From positions 162,474 through 226,473 of the forward strand of contig CAIKZC010000010.1 in assembly GCA_903831815.1 (NCBI GenBank): DNA of 64,000 bases. Reading direction: 5' to 3'. This stretch comes from an uncultured bacterium. GTDB lineage: Bacteria; Patescibacteriota; Minisyncoccia; Phycocordibacterales; UBA11359. A program made the translations under genes and the position numbers. A model generated the notes under the pieces. It was not told the DNA's origin and did not search any database. It saw only the letters and a list, made by a program, of their open reading frames with translations. Below, in pieces: positions 47,837-57,616 of the stretch. Position 1 is the stretch's first letter, and each line of letters begins with the position of its first letter.

Positions 47837-48836
47837 TATGAATAAAGATCAAATTTTGGGGGCGATTGCGGAAATGTCTCGACGTGGAGAACTTTCGCAG
47901 AGTGAAGTTATGCAAGCTTTTGCCGGCAGTACAGGTCAACCTGGCGCTATTATCGAAAAACCAAAAAGCACTTCTCACCTAACTATTTCTCAAGTCCTTT
48001 CAACGATCGGCGGTCTTGTAATATGTATCGGTATCATTGTTCTAATTTTTCAACATTGGGATAATTTAACCAGTTTCTTGCGAATTTTCGTGACTCTCGG
48101 AGTTGCCATTGCCGCCTATATTGTTGCTGTTTTGTTCGACAGATATCCCAGCTTTAAAATTACCTCGTTAGTAATTTTTGCAGTTTCAATGGTTCTTGTT
48201 CCGGTCGGTCTCATGGTCACGATGAATGAATTGAATTTCACCGGTGATTCATATATATTGCAAATTATAGTTGCGCTGATCTCGTTTTTGGTTGCCATTT
48301 GCTCTTTTGCGCTTTACCGAAGCAATCTTTTCATCGCCTTTTCAGTATTGTTCGGCACTTGGCTATATTATGTGGTGATATTAAAACTTCTTGTCGCTAG
48401 CGGGGGAATTTTTAGCGGCTTCAATATTTATGCTTATATAACCATGGTTGCAGGATTGGCTTATGTTCTTATGGGTTATACATTTGATAAAAGCGGAACG
48501 GAAAGAATTGAATTGTCCGGCTGGTTGTATAAGTTCGGTTTGGTAGCTATTTTGGGATCAGGTTTGGCATTAGGTGGTATTTGGGATATCTTGTACGTTG
48601 GTTTGGTCTTCGGCGTAATCATGTTGAGTGTGTACCTCAAGAGTCGAACATTTCTCTGGCTTGGCGGAGTCTTCCTAATGTTCTACATTATCAAGATCAC
48701 CGGAAAATATTTTACCACGGGCCTCGGATGGCCATTTGCCCTAGTGCTGGCCGGTATGTTGCTTATTGCAGTAGGTTACTTTACAAGTTATATTGGAAAA
48801 AAATATATTACCAAAAATGAACCGTTACGATCATAA
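47814..48836 (+). CDS. Multi-pass membrane protein, DUF2157-like
   Basis: About 10 TM segments; IGGLVICIGII...HWDNL..LRI pattern. Confidence 0.75.
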   Translation: MEALTVNNMNKDQILGAIAEMSRRGELSQSEVMQAFAGSTGQPGAIIEKPKSTSHLTISQVLSTIGGLVICIGIIVLIFQHWDNLTSFLRIFVTLGVAIAAYIVAVLFDRYPSFKITSLVIFAVSMVLVPVGLMVTMNELNFTGDSYILQIIVALISFLVAICSFALYRSNLFIAFSVLFGTWLYYVVILKLLVASGGIFSGFNIYAYITMVAGLAYVLMGYTFDKSGTERIELSGWLYKFGLVAILGSGLALGGIWDILYVGLVFGVIMLSVYLKSRTFLWLGGVFLMFYIIKITGKYFTTGLGWPFALVLAGMLLIAVGYFTSYIGKKYITKNEPLRS

Positions 48837-51270
48837 AGAAATAGAACCAAAGTGGCAGAAAAAATGGGAGAAAGAAAAAGTTTTTGAAGCCTCGGACACT
48901 TCTACCAAACCCAAATTTTACGCGCTGATAGAATTTCCTTTTCCTTCTGGACAGGGCATGCACAACGGACATTTGCGCAGTAATACGGCCATGGACATCA
49001 TTTGCCGCAAACGCCGCGCTGAGGGATATAACGTGTTATATCCCATCGGTTGGGATGCTTTCGGATTGCCGACTGAGAACTATGCCATCAAGACCGGTAA
49101 ACAGCCGAGCGTAGTGACTAAGGAGAACACAGACACGTTTCGTCGACAATTAAAATCGGCCGGTTTTTCTTTTGATTGGAGTCGGGAAATTGATACGACC
49201 GATCCGGCTTACTATAAATGGACGCAGTGGATTTTCTTGCAATTTTTCAAACAAAATTTGGCATACAAGAAAAAAATGTCGATCAATTGGTGCCCGAAAG
49301 ACAAGATCGGTTTGGCTAATGAGGAAGTTGTGAACGGTCTTTGCGAGAGATGCGGTACCCCGGTGGAAAAGCGCGACAAAGAGCAATGGATGCTCGCTAT
49401 CACCAAATACGCCGATCGTTTAAGTCGCGATTTGGATACGGTTGATTATTTGGAAAACATCAAAACTCAACAACGAAATTGGATCGGACGCAGTGAAGGC
49501 TCGGAATTTAAATTTAAAGTTGAAGGTGCTGGTGAAATAAAAGTTTTTACGACTCGTGCCGATACGATTTTTGGTGTAACTTATGTTGTCCTTGCACCGG
49601 AGCATCCGCTAGTTGATAAATTTATTCAACAAATTGTAAATGCTGGTGAAGTTGAAGCTTATGTTAAAAAAGCTAAAGCAAAAACCGAAATTGATCGCAC
49701 TACCGAAGGCAAAGAAAAAACCGGCGTCGAGCTCAAAGGTGTGAAAGCAATAAATCCTGTGAATGGTGAAAGAGTGTCTGTTTGGGTGGCCGATTATGTG
49801 CTTGGAGGATATGGCACTGGTGCTGTCATGGCTGTACCGGCTCACGACGAACGAGATTTTGCTTTTGCTCATAAATATAATTTACCGATCAAGGAGGTTA
49901 TTAAAGGTGAAAAAAAGAATCCTAAAAAAACTGAATACTTTTTAGAAGATGGCATCTTGATCAATTCCGGTAAGTTTGACGGCATGAAGTCAGAGGAAGC
50001 TAGACAGAAAATTACGACGGATTTTGGTGAAGCAAAAGTAACTTATAAATTGAAAGATTGGATTTTTTCTCGTCAGCGATATTGGGGTGAGCCGATCCCG
50101 CTCGTTTATTGCGAAAATTGCGCTCAAAAAGGCAATGGTTGGATCGCTGTGCCCGAAGCGGATTTGCCGGTCACACTCCCAGAAGTCAAAAACTACCAAC
50201 CAACCAACACGGGCGAGTCGCCACTTTCCAATATTAAAGAATGGGTCAATACTAAATGTCCGGCCTGTGGTGGTCCGGCAAAACGAGAAACCGACACGAT
50301 GCCAAATTGGGCCGGTTCAAGCTGGTACTACTTGCGTTACGTTGATCCCAAAAATTCCAAAGAATTCGCTTCCCAAAAACTTCTCAAAAAATGGACACCG
50401 GTAGATTGGTATAACGGGGGAATGGAGCATACAACTTTGCACTTGTTATATTCCCGTTTCTGGCACAAATTCCTTTTTGATCTCGGACTTGTTCCGACCA
50501 GTGAACCATATAGCAAACGCACGGCACACGGACTAATTCTGGCTGCCGACGGTGAGAAGATGTCAAAATCTCGAGGTAATGTCGTAAATCCGGACGAATT
50601 TATTACCACATACGGCGCAGACGCTTTAAGGCTTTACGAAATGTTCATGGGTCCATTCGATCAACCTGTGAGTTGGAACGACGATGGCATCGTTGGTACG
50701 TTCCGTTTCCTTGAACGTGTTTGGCGATTGCAAGAAAAAGTGGTTTCGGAAAAGTTTGTTGATAAAATAAAAAATATTGCCGGTAAAAAGGAAAAAAATA
50801 CGCCAAAGATCGAGACTTTGCTTCACCGGACGATCGCAAAAGTTACTAACGACATCGAAGATATGCATTTCAACACCGCAATCTCGGCTATGATGATCTT
50901 GACTAATGAATTTGAAAAATTGGATTCGATCGAAATCGAGTGGTACAAAATTTTAATTCAATTGCTTGCGCCATTCGCTCCGCATATCGCCGAAGAGCTC
51001 TGGACAGTTCTAAAAAACAAAGGTTTTGTGCACCAGTCGGCATGGCCAAAATCGGATTCTACGAAAATGGAAAATAAGCAGATAGTCATGATTGTTCAGG
51101 TCAACGGAAAAGTTCGTTCACAATTTGAAGCGAATGTAGGTATATCTGAAAATGAGGCCAAAAATAAGGCTATTTCAGATACTAATGCCAAAAAATATAT
51201 TGATGGAAAGCAAATTAAAAGAGTGATTTTTGTTCCAAATAAATTGATCAATATTGTAGTAGGGGAATGA
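48817..51270 (+). CDS. leuS: Leucine--tRNA ligase
   Basis: FPFPSGQGMHNGH (HIGH-like), GWDAFGLPTEN, GTGAVMAVPAHDERD editing domain, SRQRYWG, KMSKS; start MNRYDHKEIE. Confidence 0.97.
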   Translation: MNRYDHKEIEPKWQKKWEKEKVFEASDTSTKPKFYALIEFPFPSGQGMHNGHLRSNTAMDIICRKRRAEGYNVLYPIGWDAFGLPTENYAIKTGKQPSVVTKENTDTFRRQLKSAGFSFDWSREIDTTDPAYYKWTQWIFLQFFKQNLAYKKKMSINWCPKDKIGLANEEVVNGLCERCGTPVEKRDKEQWMLAITKYADRLSRDLDTVDYLENIKTQQRNWIGRSEGSEFKFKVEGAGEIKVFTTRADTIFGVTYVVLAPEHPLVDKFIQQIVNAGEVEAYVKKAKAKTEIDRTTEGKEKTGVELKGVKAINPVNGERVSVWVADYVLGGYGTGAVMAVPAHDERDFAFAHKYNLPIKEVIKGEKKNPKKTEYFLEDGILINSGKFDGMKSEEARQKITTDFGEAKVTYKLKDWIFSRQRYWGEPIPLVYCENCAQKGNGWIAVPEADLPVTLPEVKNYQPTNTGESPLSNIKEWVNTKCPACGGPAKRETDTMPNWAGSSWYYLRYVDPKNSKEFASQKLLKKWTPVDWYNGGMEHTTLHLLYSRFWHKFLFDLGLVPTSEPYSKRTAHGLILAADGEKMSKSRGNVVNPDEFITTYGADALRLYEMFMGPFDQPVSWNDDGIVGTFRFLERVWRLQEKVVSEKFVDKIKNIAGKKEKNTPKIETLLHRTIAKVTNDIEDMHFNTAISAMMILTNEFEKLDSIEIEWYKILIQLLAPFAPHIAEELWTVLKNKGFVHQSAWPKSDSTKMENKQIVMIVQVNGKVRSQFEANVGISENEAKNKAISDTNAKKYIDGKQIKRVIFVPNKLINIVVGE

Positions 51271-51369
51271 AAATATAAATTTGCTTGACTTGTATACATT
51301 ATAATGATAAAACAGTAAGTACAAACAAATTTAAGAGTAATTATTTAGTCGACATAATAAAATCATTTT

Positions 51370-52404
51370 ATGAACACGCTGACATTCAAACCGAAGCAAG
51401 TCACAAAAAAACTTTTAAGCATTCTCCCTGCTCGTTCTCGCGACGTGCTTGTTTCTCGATATGGTTTGGGTGCTGATGCCGAAAAGATGACCCTCGAAGC
51501 AATCGGTAAACTTTATCACATCACTCGTGAGCGTGTTCGACAAATCGAAAATTACGCACTCAGCGCTATCCGTAAATCCGAGGATTACAAAAAAGAGCGA
51601 TCTTCTTTTGAAGAATTGGAAAAAATGATCGAAGGTTTGGGAGGTATTGTGGTTGAAAGCGATCTCTTGGAACATGTTACTAAAGAAGAGTCAGCTCAAA
51701 ATCATTTACATTTCTTGCTGGTTGTCGGTGAATCATTTAAAAAATTGAAAGAAGACGAAGAATTCAAACATCGATGGTATGTTGATGAAATGTTGGCCGA
51801 TAAAGTTCACAATTCTCTTCGCAAATTCTACAAAAGTCTTTCCGACAATGATCTGATTCCAGAATCTGAAGTTGTTTCAAAATTTCTTGATCATGTTAAA
51901 GACATGTCTGTCGAAGCACGCGATGAAGAGGTGGCTAAACGATGGCTTTCAATTTCGAAACAAATCGGCAAAAATCCGCTTGGTGAATGGGGACTCACTT
52001 CTTCTCCAAATATCAGTATCAAAGGTATGCGAGATTGCGCTTTCCTTGTGATTCGTCGTCATGGATCACCGATCCACTTTCGCGAAGTCGCCAGCAGTAT
52101 CGAAAAAATGTTTGGTAAAAAGGCTCATGTTGCTACGACTCACAATGAACTTATCAAAGACCCTCGTTTTGTTTTGGTTGGACGCGGTTTGTACGCTCTA
52201 GCTGAATGGGGTTACCTCTCAGGCGTCGTTCGGGAAGTTATCAAAAAAATAATCGAGAAGAACGGACCATTGACCAAAGATAAAGTTATTGAAAAAGTCC
52301 TCAAGGAGCGTTATGTCAAAGAGAACACAATTTTGGTTAATCTTCAAAATCCTAAATACTTCAAAAAAGATAAAGAGGGACGATATTCTGTTGTAACGGC
52401 CTAG
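51370..52404 (+). CDS. Sigma70 region 4 plus HARE-HTH (RNAP delta-like) domain protein
   Basis: RYGL..MTLEAIG..ITRERVRQIE; PIHFREV..TTHNELIKDPRFVLVGRGLYALAEWG. Confidence 0.85.
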   Translation: MNTLTFKPKQVTKKLLSILPARSRDVLVSRYGLGADAEKMTLEAIGKLYHITRERVRQIENYALSAIRKSEDYKKERSSFEELEKMIEGLGGIVVESDLLEHVTKEESAQNHLHFLLVVGESFKKLKEDEEFKHRWYVDEMLADKVHNSLRKFYKSLSDNDLIPESEVVSKFLDHVKDMSVEARDEEVAKRWLSISKQIGKNPLGEWGLTSSPNISIKGMRDCAFLVIRRHGSPIHFREVASSIEKMFGKKAHVATTHNELIKDPRFVLVGRGLYALAEWGYLSGVVREVIKKIIEKNGPLTKDKVIEKVLKERYVKENTILVNLQNPKYFKKDKEGRYSVVTA

Positions 52405-52467
52405 TTTTTTTCCCGCTATCCCCAAAAGAGCGCTTGCTCTGCTTAAAATATACTCTATAATAGTAGT

Positions 52468-53775
52468 ATGATCTCTGATTTCATGCGACAGTTTTTTGGT
52501 AGCACCGGGACACAAATTCTGTCTTTTGTTTTCTATCTCTATCCGATTTGGTTACCTATTATTCTCGCAGCCGTTTTTTGGGATATTTGGATCTATTATA
52601 TCCAGAATTGGTATTTTTCTTCCATAAAATATAGTTTGTTGGAAATTAAACTGCCTCTTGAAATTAACAAGTCACCGCATGCGATGGAACTCATTATTGA
52701 TTCGTTTTGGCAGATTGGAGGAGAAACGACTTTCTTCGATAGAAATTGGAGCGGCAAGACTCGGCCGTATTATTCTTTGGAAATTGCTTCAATTGAAGGC
52801 GAAGTTCATTTCTATGTTTGGACACGTACGACCGAGAAAGATTTGATTGAGTCTAGGATCTATTCTCAATATCCGGGAGTTGAAGTTTATGAAGTGCCTG
52901 ATTACACCGCGGGTTTTGAGTATGACGAGTCGAAGTATAAAATGACGGCTTGCGTTTTCCAATTCGTAAACGGTAAAAATCCTGCACTTCCAATAAAAAC
53001 ATATATAGATTTTGGTTTGGACCAAAATCCAAAAGAGGAGCACAAGGTTGATCCATTAACTCCACTTCTCGAATTTATCGGTTCTATCGGTCCTGGTGAG
53101 CAGGTTTGGTATCAGATTGTTTTACATACACACAAAGCCGGTGGTGATCGATGGGCAAAGAATAAATGGCCTACACTTAAATTTGATTTTAAGAAATCAA
53201 TGATCGGACTTTATTTGGATACCAAAGGCATGTCGGTCTTCAAGAAAAAAGATTGGAAAGATGATGCCAATGCCGTTATTCAAAAAATGCGCGATGCGTT
53301 GAAAGATCCGGAACATCCTGAATATTTCCCAAGAGTTATGACTAAAGGCGAATCGGAAACGATCGCGGCTATGGAACGAACTGTGGCTAAGCCGGCTTTT
53401 AACGTTGGAATCAGAGCTGTTTATATTGCCGCAAAAGATAAATATATCGGTGGTCGCAAGAACGATCTCATGGGCGCATATCGTCATTTTAATTCCGTTT
53501 ACAATGGTATAAAACCTGATCCGGGATATACCGGTTATGATAATATTTGGTCGGACTTTATGGGTATCGGAGAAAGCAGTATGAAGAGATATGCTCTGAA
53601 TGCATATAAACATCGCGGTTTCTTTTTTCCTCCATATAAAGAGAAAAAAGTTTTCATTATGAATGGCGAGGAAATTGCGACTCTTTATCATTTCCCTGGC
53701 GCCGTGGCTGGAACTCCAACACTCACTCGTATTCCCTCGAAAAAAGCCGAAGCTCCGTCAAATTTGCCTGTATAG
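52468..53775 (+). CDS. Conserved CPR membrane-anchored hypothetical protein (resembles domains associated with VirB4/TraG-like ATPases)
   Basis: N-terminal TM; SLEIASIEGEVHFY, IYSQYPGVEV..VPDY, PIKTY, EEIATLYHFP, APSNLP. Confidence 0.7.
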   Translation: MISDFMRQFFGSTGTQILSFVFYLYPIWLPIILAAVFWDIWIYYIQNWYFSSIKYSLLEIKLPLEINKSPHAMELIIDSFWQIGGETTFFDRNWSGKTRPYYSLEIASIEGEVHFYVWTRTTEKDLIESRIYSQYPGVEVYEVPDYTAGFEYDESKYKMTACVFQFVNGKNPALPIKTYIDFGLDQNPKEEHKVDPLTPLLEFIGSIGPGEQVWYQIVLHTHKAGGDRWAKNKWPTLKFDFKKSMIGLYLDTKGMSVFKKKDWKDDANAVIQKMRDALKDPEHPEYFPRVMTKGESETIAAMERTVAKPAFNVGIRAVYIAAKDKYIGGRKNDLMGAYRHFNSVYNGIKPDPGYTGYDNIWSDFMGIGESSMKRYALNAYKHRGFFFPPYKEKKVFIMNGEEIATLYHFPGAVAGTPTLTRIPSKKAEAPSNLPV

Positions 53776-53801
53776 GGTACACTATCTTAAGATAACAGTT
53801 T

Positions 53802-54782
53802 ATGGATTTTATTTCTTTTATACCGCCAAGATCGTGGCTTTACAAAAACTATCTGCGCGTTTTTGCAGTACTCGTTTTGTTGTTAATAGGTTTTTTGATT
53901 TATCTAAACGAACCGTCACAAAAGTTTTCCGTCGGCGGTTATGTCACCGTAAAGTCTGGTGAACCTCTTTCAGCTATCGCGAGCGATCTTAAAGTTAAAC
54001 ATATCATCCGTTCCACGACTTTATTAAAAAGTATGATTGTGCTGGCTGCCGGGGAAAAGAAATTGGTGGCTGGGAACTATTATTTTACTCGACCTATTTC
54101 AACATTTGGCATTGTTTCAAGATTAATGAAAGGTGACTTTGAAATAACTTCGATCAGAATCACAATTCCCGAAGGATATACAATGGTTCAAATTTCGAAT
54201 CTTCTTTCTGACAAACTTCATAATTTTTCGGCCGAAGAATTTCTGAAACACGCCCCAATTGAAGAAGGTTATTTTTTTCCGGACACATACTTTTTTGCAC
54301 TAGATGCTACGACCGATGAAGTAATTATCGCATTTCATAAAAATTTTGAAGAAAAAATTAAAAGCGTCAAAGGTGAAATTTTAGCTTCCGGTCATTCACA
54401 AAAAGAAATTGTTACCATGGCTTCGATTTTGGAAGAGGAAGCTCGAACGACTCAAGATTGGCAGACCATTTCAAGTATTCTTTGGAAAAGGATAAAAATC
54501 GGCATGCCTTTGCAAGTCGATTCCACTTTGAGTTATGTGGTGGGCAGAATAAGCAGTGAACTCACAACCAAAGATCTAAAGATGAAATCGCCATATAATA
54601 CTTATACTAATAAAGGGTTGCCGCCGACCCCGATTGCCAATCCTGGCCTCAAAACCATCGTGGCGGCGGCAACTCCAACCTCCACCCCGTATCTGTACTA
54701 TCTTTCCGATCAAAATGGTGATATACATTATGCGGCGACTTTTGCCGAACATGTCCAAAATCGCCATACATATCTTCAATAG
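53802..54782 (+). CDS. mltG: Endolytic transglycosylase MltG
   Basis: ITIPEG, EGYFFPDTY, MASILEEE, MPLQVD, SPYNTY..GLPPTPIANPG. Confidence 0.95.
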   Translation: MDFISFIPPRSWLYKNYLRVFAVLVLLLIGFLIYLNEPSQKFSVGGYVTVKSGEPLSAIASDLKVKHIIRSTTLLKSMIVLAAGEKKLVAGNYYFTRPISTFGIVSRLMKGDFEITSIRITIPEGYTMVQISNLLSDKLHNFSAEEFLKHAPIEEGYFFPDTYFFALDATTDEVIIAFHKNFEEKIKSVKGEILASGHSQKEIVTMASILEEEARTTQDWQTISSILWKRIKIGMPLQVDSTLSYVVGRISSELTTKDLKMKSPYNTYTNKGLPPTPIANPGLKTIVAAATPTSTPYLYYLSDQNGDIHYAATFAEHVQNRHTYLQ

Positions 54783-55880
54783 ATGACTAACATGAAAAAA
54801 GTTTTTGTCGGACTTTCCGGTGGTGTGGATTCGTCTGTTTCTGCAGCGCTTCTTAAACGTGACGGTTATGATGTCACAGGCGTTTTCATCAAGGCTTGGT
54901 ATCCGGATTTTTTAACTTGCACATGGAAAGAAGATCGACGTGACGCTATGCGAGTGTGTGCTGTACTTGATATTCCATTTTTAACTATTGATTTGGAAAA
55001 AGAATATAAAAAAGAAGTGATCGATTATATGATTCGCGAATATGCCGAAGGTCGCACACCAAATCCCGACGTCATGTGCAATAAAGCGATAAAGTTCGGT
55101 GGATTTTTCAAAAAAGCTATGGCGCTCGGTGCGGATTATGTGGCGACAGGGCACTATGCTCGTGTAGTTGAAGCACGACAAGATTTGGATGATGAAAGAT
55201 CGGTCATTTACAAAATGTTGGAAGCTAAAGACGACAACAAAGATCAAACATATTTTTTGTGGACGCTGACGCAGAAAGAATTGTCGCATACTTTATTTCC
55301 GGTTGGTGATATGCCTAAATCGAAAGTGCGAGAACTGGCGGAGGAATTTGGTTTGCCAACGGCGACCAAAAAAGACAGCCAAGGATTGTGTTTTCTCGGT
55401 AAAGTTGATCTGAAAGATTTTCTCGGTCATTACTTTAAAGAAGAGCATGGTGATGTTATTGATGATGAAACCGGTGAAGTTGTCGGTACTCATAATGGCG
55501 CGTGGTTCTATACCGTCGGGGAACGACGTGGTTTCGTGACCTTCGCCGAAACACCGGACGAAAAGCCTTATTACATTATCGCCAAAGACGTTAAGAAAAA
55601 TACTTTAACTGTTTCGCATAAAACTTCGGTTGATGCGCCACTCATGCCGACTCGGGAGATTCGCATCACTAACGCTAACTGGATTTCCGGTAGCGCACCA
55701 CTTCGCAAGAAAATTTCCGCTCGAACGCGCTATCGTCAAGAATTAGTGAACTGTAAAGTCGGGCAAGATGCCGATGGATATTTTGTAGAATTTGATACGG
55801 ATCAAAGCGTTGTTTCGGCTGGGCAATCTATCGTTTTTTATCATCAAGGGGAATGTTTAGGTGGGGCAGTGGTGGAATAA
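54783..55880 (+). CDS. mnmA: tRNA 2-thiouridylase MnmA
   Basis: SGGVDSSV, GRTPNPDVMCN, ATGHY, KDQTYFL, KKDSQGLCF, GQSIVFY. Confidence 0.97.
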   Translation: MTNMKKVFVGLSGGVDSSVSAALLKRDGYDVTGVFIKAWYPDFLTCTWKEDRRDAMRVCAVLDIPFLTIDLEKEYKKEVIDYMIREYAEGRTPNPDVMCNKAIKFGGFFKKAMALGADYVATGHYARVVEARQDLDDERSVIYKMLEAKDDNKDQTYFLWTLTQKELSHTLFPVGDMPKSKVRELAEEFGLPTATKKDSQGLCFLGKVDLKDFLGHYFKEEHGDVIDDETGEVVGTHNGAWFYTVGERRGFVTFAETPDEKPYYIIAKDVKKNTLTVSHKTSVDAPLMPTREIRITNANWISGSAPLRKKISARTRYRQELVNCKVGQDADGYFVEFDTDQSVVSAGQSIVFYHQGECLGGAVVE

Positions 55881-56019
55881 AGCAAGCAATATTAAAAAGT
55901 TAAAAAGACGCAAGAGCAAGGTGTCTCGAGGGCACAGGTAAATTTCCTGCTGGAAATTTCCTTCACACTCGGCCCGTCGGCCTCCGTGAGTCCCTCACAA
56001 CAGCCTTTTTGTTTGCTTT
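55879..56019. other. GC-rich multi-hairpin intergenic element (REP-like or ncRNA candidate)
   Basis: Nested inverted repeats: AAAGCAAGCAA/TTGTTTGCTTT, GAGGG/CCCTC, AAATTTCC-tgct-GGAAATTT, GGCC-cgtc-GGCC. Confidence 0.45.
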
Positions 56020-56138
56020 ATAATTATTTGACTATTACACATAAGTATGATATATTACTAGTTAGTTGTACTTTGAACGAAACTAGACCGCGCTGTTAAG
56101 CCCTTTTTAACCCCACAGGGGTATGGAAAGGGGCCCAT

Positions 56139-56990
56139 ATGGCTCTCAGAGATTACGGTTACGATCCCTATGCGGACACTGGTGGCCTTTACGATGATCG
56201 TGCTTTACCAAGAGCGAAGCACATCTTGAGGTTTCGGTTGGAGAAGAATTTCCTGACCGGCCAGATGGTTTGGCGTGTGTTTGTTGGTGGTACCTTGTAT
56301 GAGGTGTCGCTTACGGCCAAGAATCAGCCAACTTCGAACGACGAGGTTTGGCTTTGCCAGGAAGCCGAAAACGCCGGACAGACGGAGACCGACAGAAGGT
56401 TGGTGCCCGTCGAGCCCATGAGTCTGCTCTTTAACGGGCAACAGGCATTTCGGTTCACGGCTGATTTGAAGCGACTTTTTGCGGGTAAACCCTGCATGAA
56501 GGCGTATCTTCCGCACCACGATCTCAATATATGGTGTGTTCCGGACAAGGATGGAGAATCTCAGCCGACCGACGGACACGAGTTCTGGTTCTGTCAGTTT
56601 ACGCGCGTTGTGGTGCTTGACTACGACAAGGGCTATCTTCTCGTGGCAGTGAAACTGCTTCGGGAAGACACCGAGGCTCGCGACCGGCATTTGGCTAAAG
56701 AAGCTGAGCTGGAAGTGATTCGTCAGCAGAACGAGAAGGATGCCGCGACTCGGGCTGAGGCCAGTAGCAAGGAGTGGGCGATCATGCGGGCGAAATGGCA
56801 ACAGGAAAGTGTTAGACAGTCCGCTGTCGACGTCGCCAAGGAGGAACTGGCGAGACAGTTCCCGACAATTGCCGCAAAGCAACAGCAGAGCAGGCTTCAG
56901 GAACGGTTGATGGGCGTGTCGACAAGTGTCGTTAGCACATTGCCGTCTCCTGACCGCAAACGCAGGAAAACGGTTATGAGGTCTTGGTAG
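56139..56990 (+). CDS. Hypothetical orphan with a duplicated beta domain and a coiled-coil tail
   Basis: QPTSNDEVWLCQ / QPTDGHEFWFCQ internal repeat; TTGACT-17-TATATT promoter at 56028-56056; terminator at about 57041-57075. Confidence 0.7.
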   Translation: MALRDYGYDPYADTGGLYDDRALPRAKHILRFRLEKNFLTGQMVWRVFVGGTLYEVSLTAKNQPTSNDEVWLCQEAENAGQTETDRRLVPVEPMSLLFNGQQAFRFTADLKRLFAGKPCMKAYLPHHDLNIWCVPDKDGESQPTDGHEFWFCQFTRVVVLDYDKGYLLVAVKLLREDTEARDRHLAKEAELEVIRQQNEKDAATRAEASSKEWAIMRAKWQQESVRQSAVDVAKEELARQFPTIAAKQQQSRLQERLMGVSTSVVSTLPSPDRKRRKTVMRSW

Positions 56991-57144
56991 ACGTGACACA
57001 CCCCAATCTTCCAGGGATATAATTTGGATGAAATACAATGGCCCGGACTCACTGAGAGTTCGGGCTTCTCTTTTTATATATTTTTTATACACACATTTAT
57101 ATTACGGTTGGGTTGTAAGTTGTGACATATGATAGTATTAATTT

Positions 57145-57579
57145 ATGATTGATGAAAAAACTTTCAGTAACGATGTGTCATTTCAAGGTGTAAAAGGATT
57201 GATTTTTATAGGAGATAGGATAATTGTTTTTCGTAGAGATGAAAAAACGAAATTATTTCCTTTACAAGTCGATTTGCCTGGAGGTGGCAGGGAAGGCACT
57301 GAATCGCCATTTGAAACTTTTAAAAGAGAAACAAAAGAAGAGTTTGGTTTAAATTTACTTGAGAAGGATGTTTGTTATTCGAAAAAGTATAATAGTCACC
57401 TATTTCCAGGTGAGTTTTCGTATTTTATTGTAACTAAGCCTTCAAAAATTAAAGAACAAGATATTGTTTTTGGAGATGAGGGCTTGGAGTATTTTTTAAT
57501 AAATCCGCAGGATTTTATTAATTTAGTAGATGGTGTTAAGTATCAACAAGAACGAGTAGCAAACTATTTGAGGCTATAG
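57145..57579 (+). CDS. NUDIX hydrolase
   Basis: LPGGGREGTESPFETFKRETKEEFGL Nudix box. Confidence 0.9.
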   Translation: MIDEKTFSNDVSFQGVKGLIFIGDRIIVFRRDEKTKLFPLQVDLPGGGREGTESPFETFKRETKEEFGLNLLEKDVCYSKKYNSHLFPGEFSYFIVTKPSKIKEQDIVFGDEGLEYFLINPQDFINLVDGVKYQQERVANYLRL

Positions 57580-57616
57580 CGGGACTTATTAAACCGCGAT
57601 ATAATGAAGGATAACT

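Noticed and set aside
56205-57092. 295-aa antisense ORF
   Set aside because: It is the shadow of the + strand orphan, which has the promoter, SD, terminator and internal domain repeat; the antisense product has no motifs.
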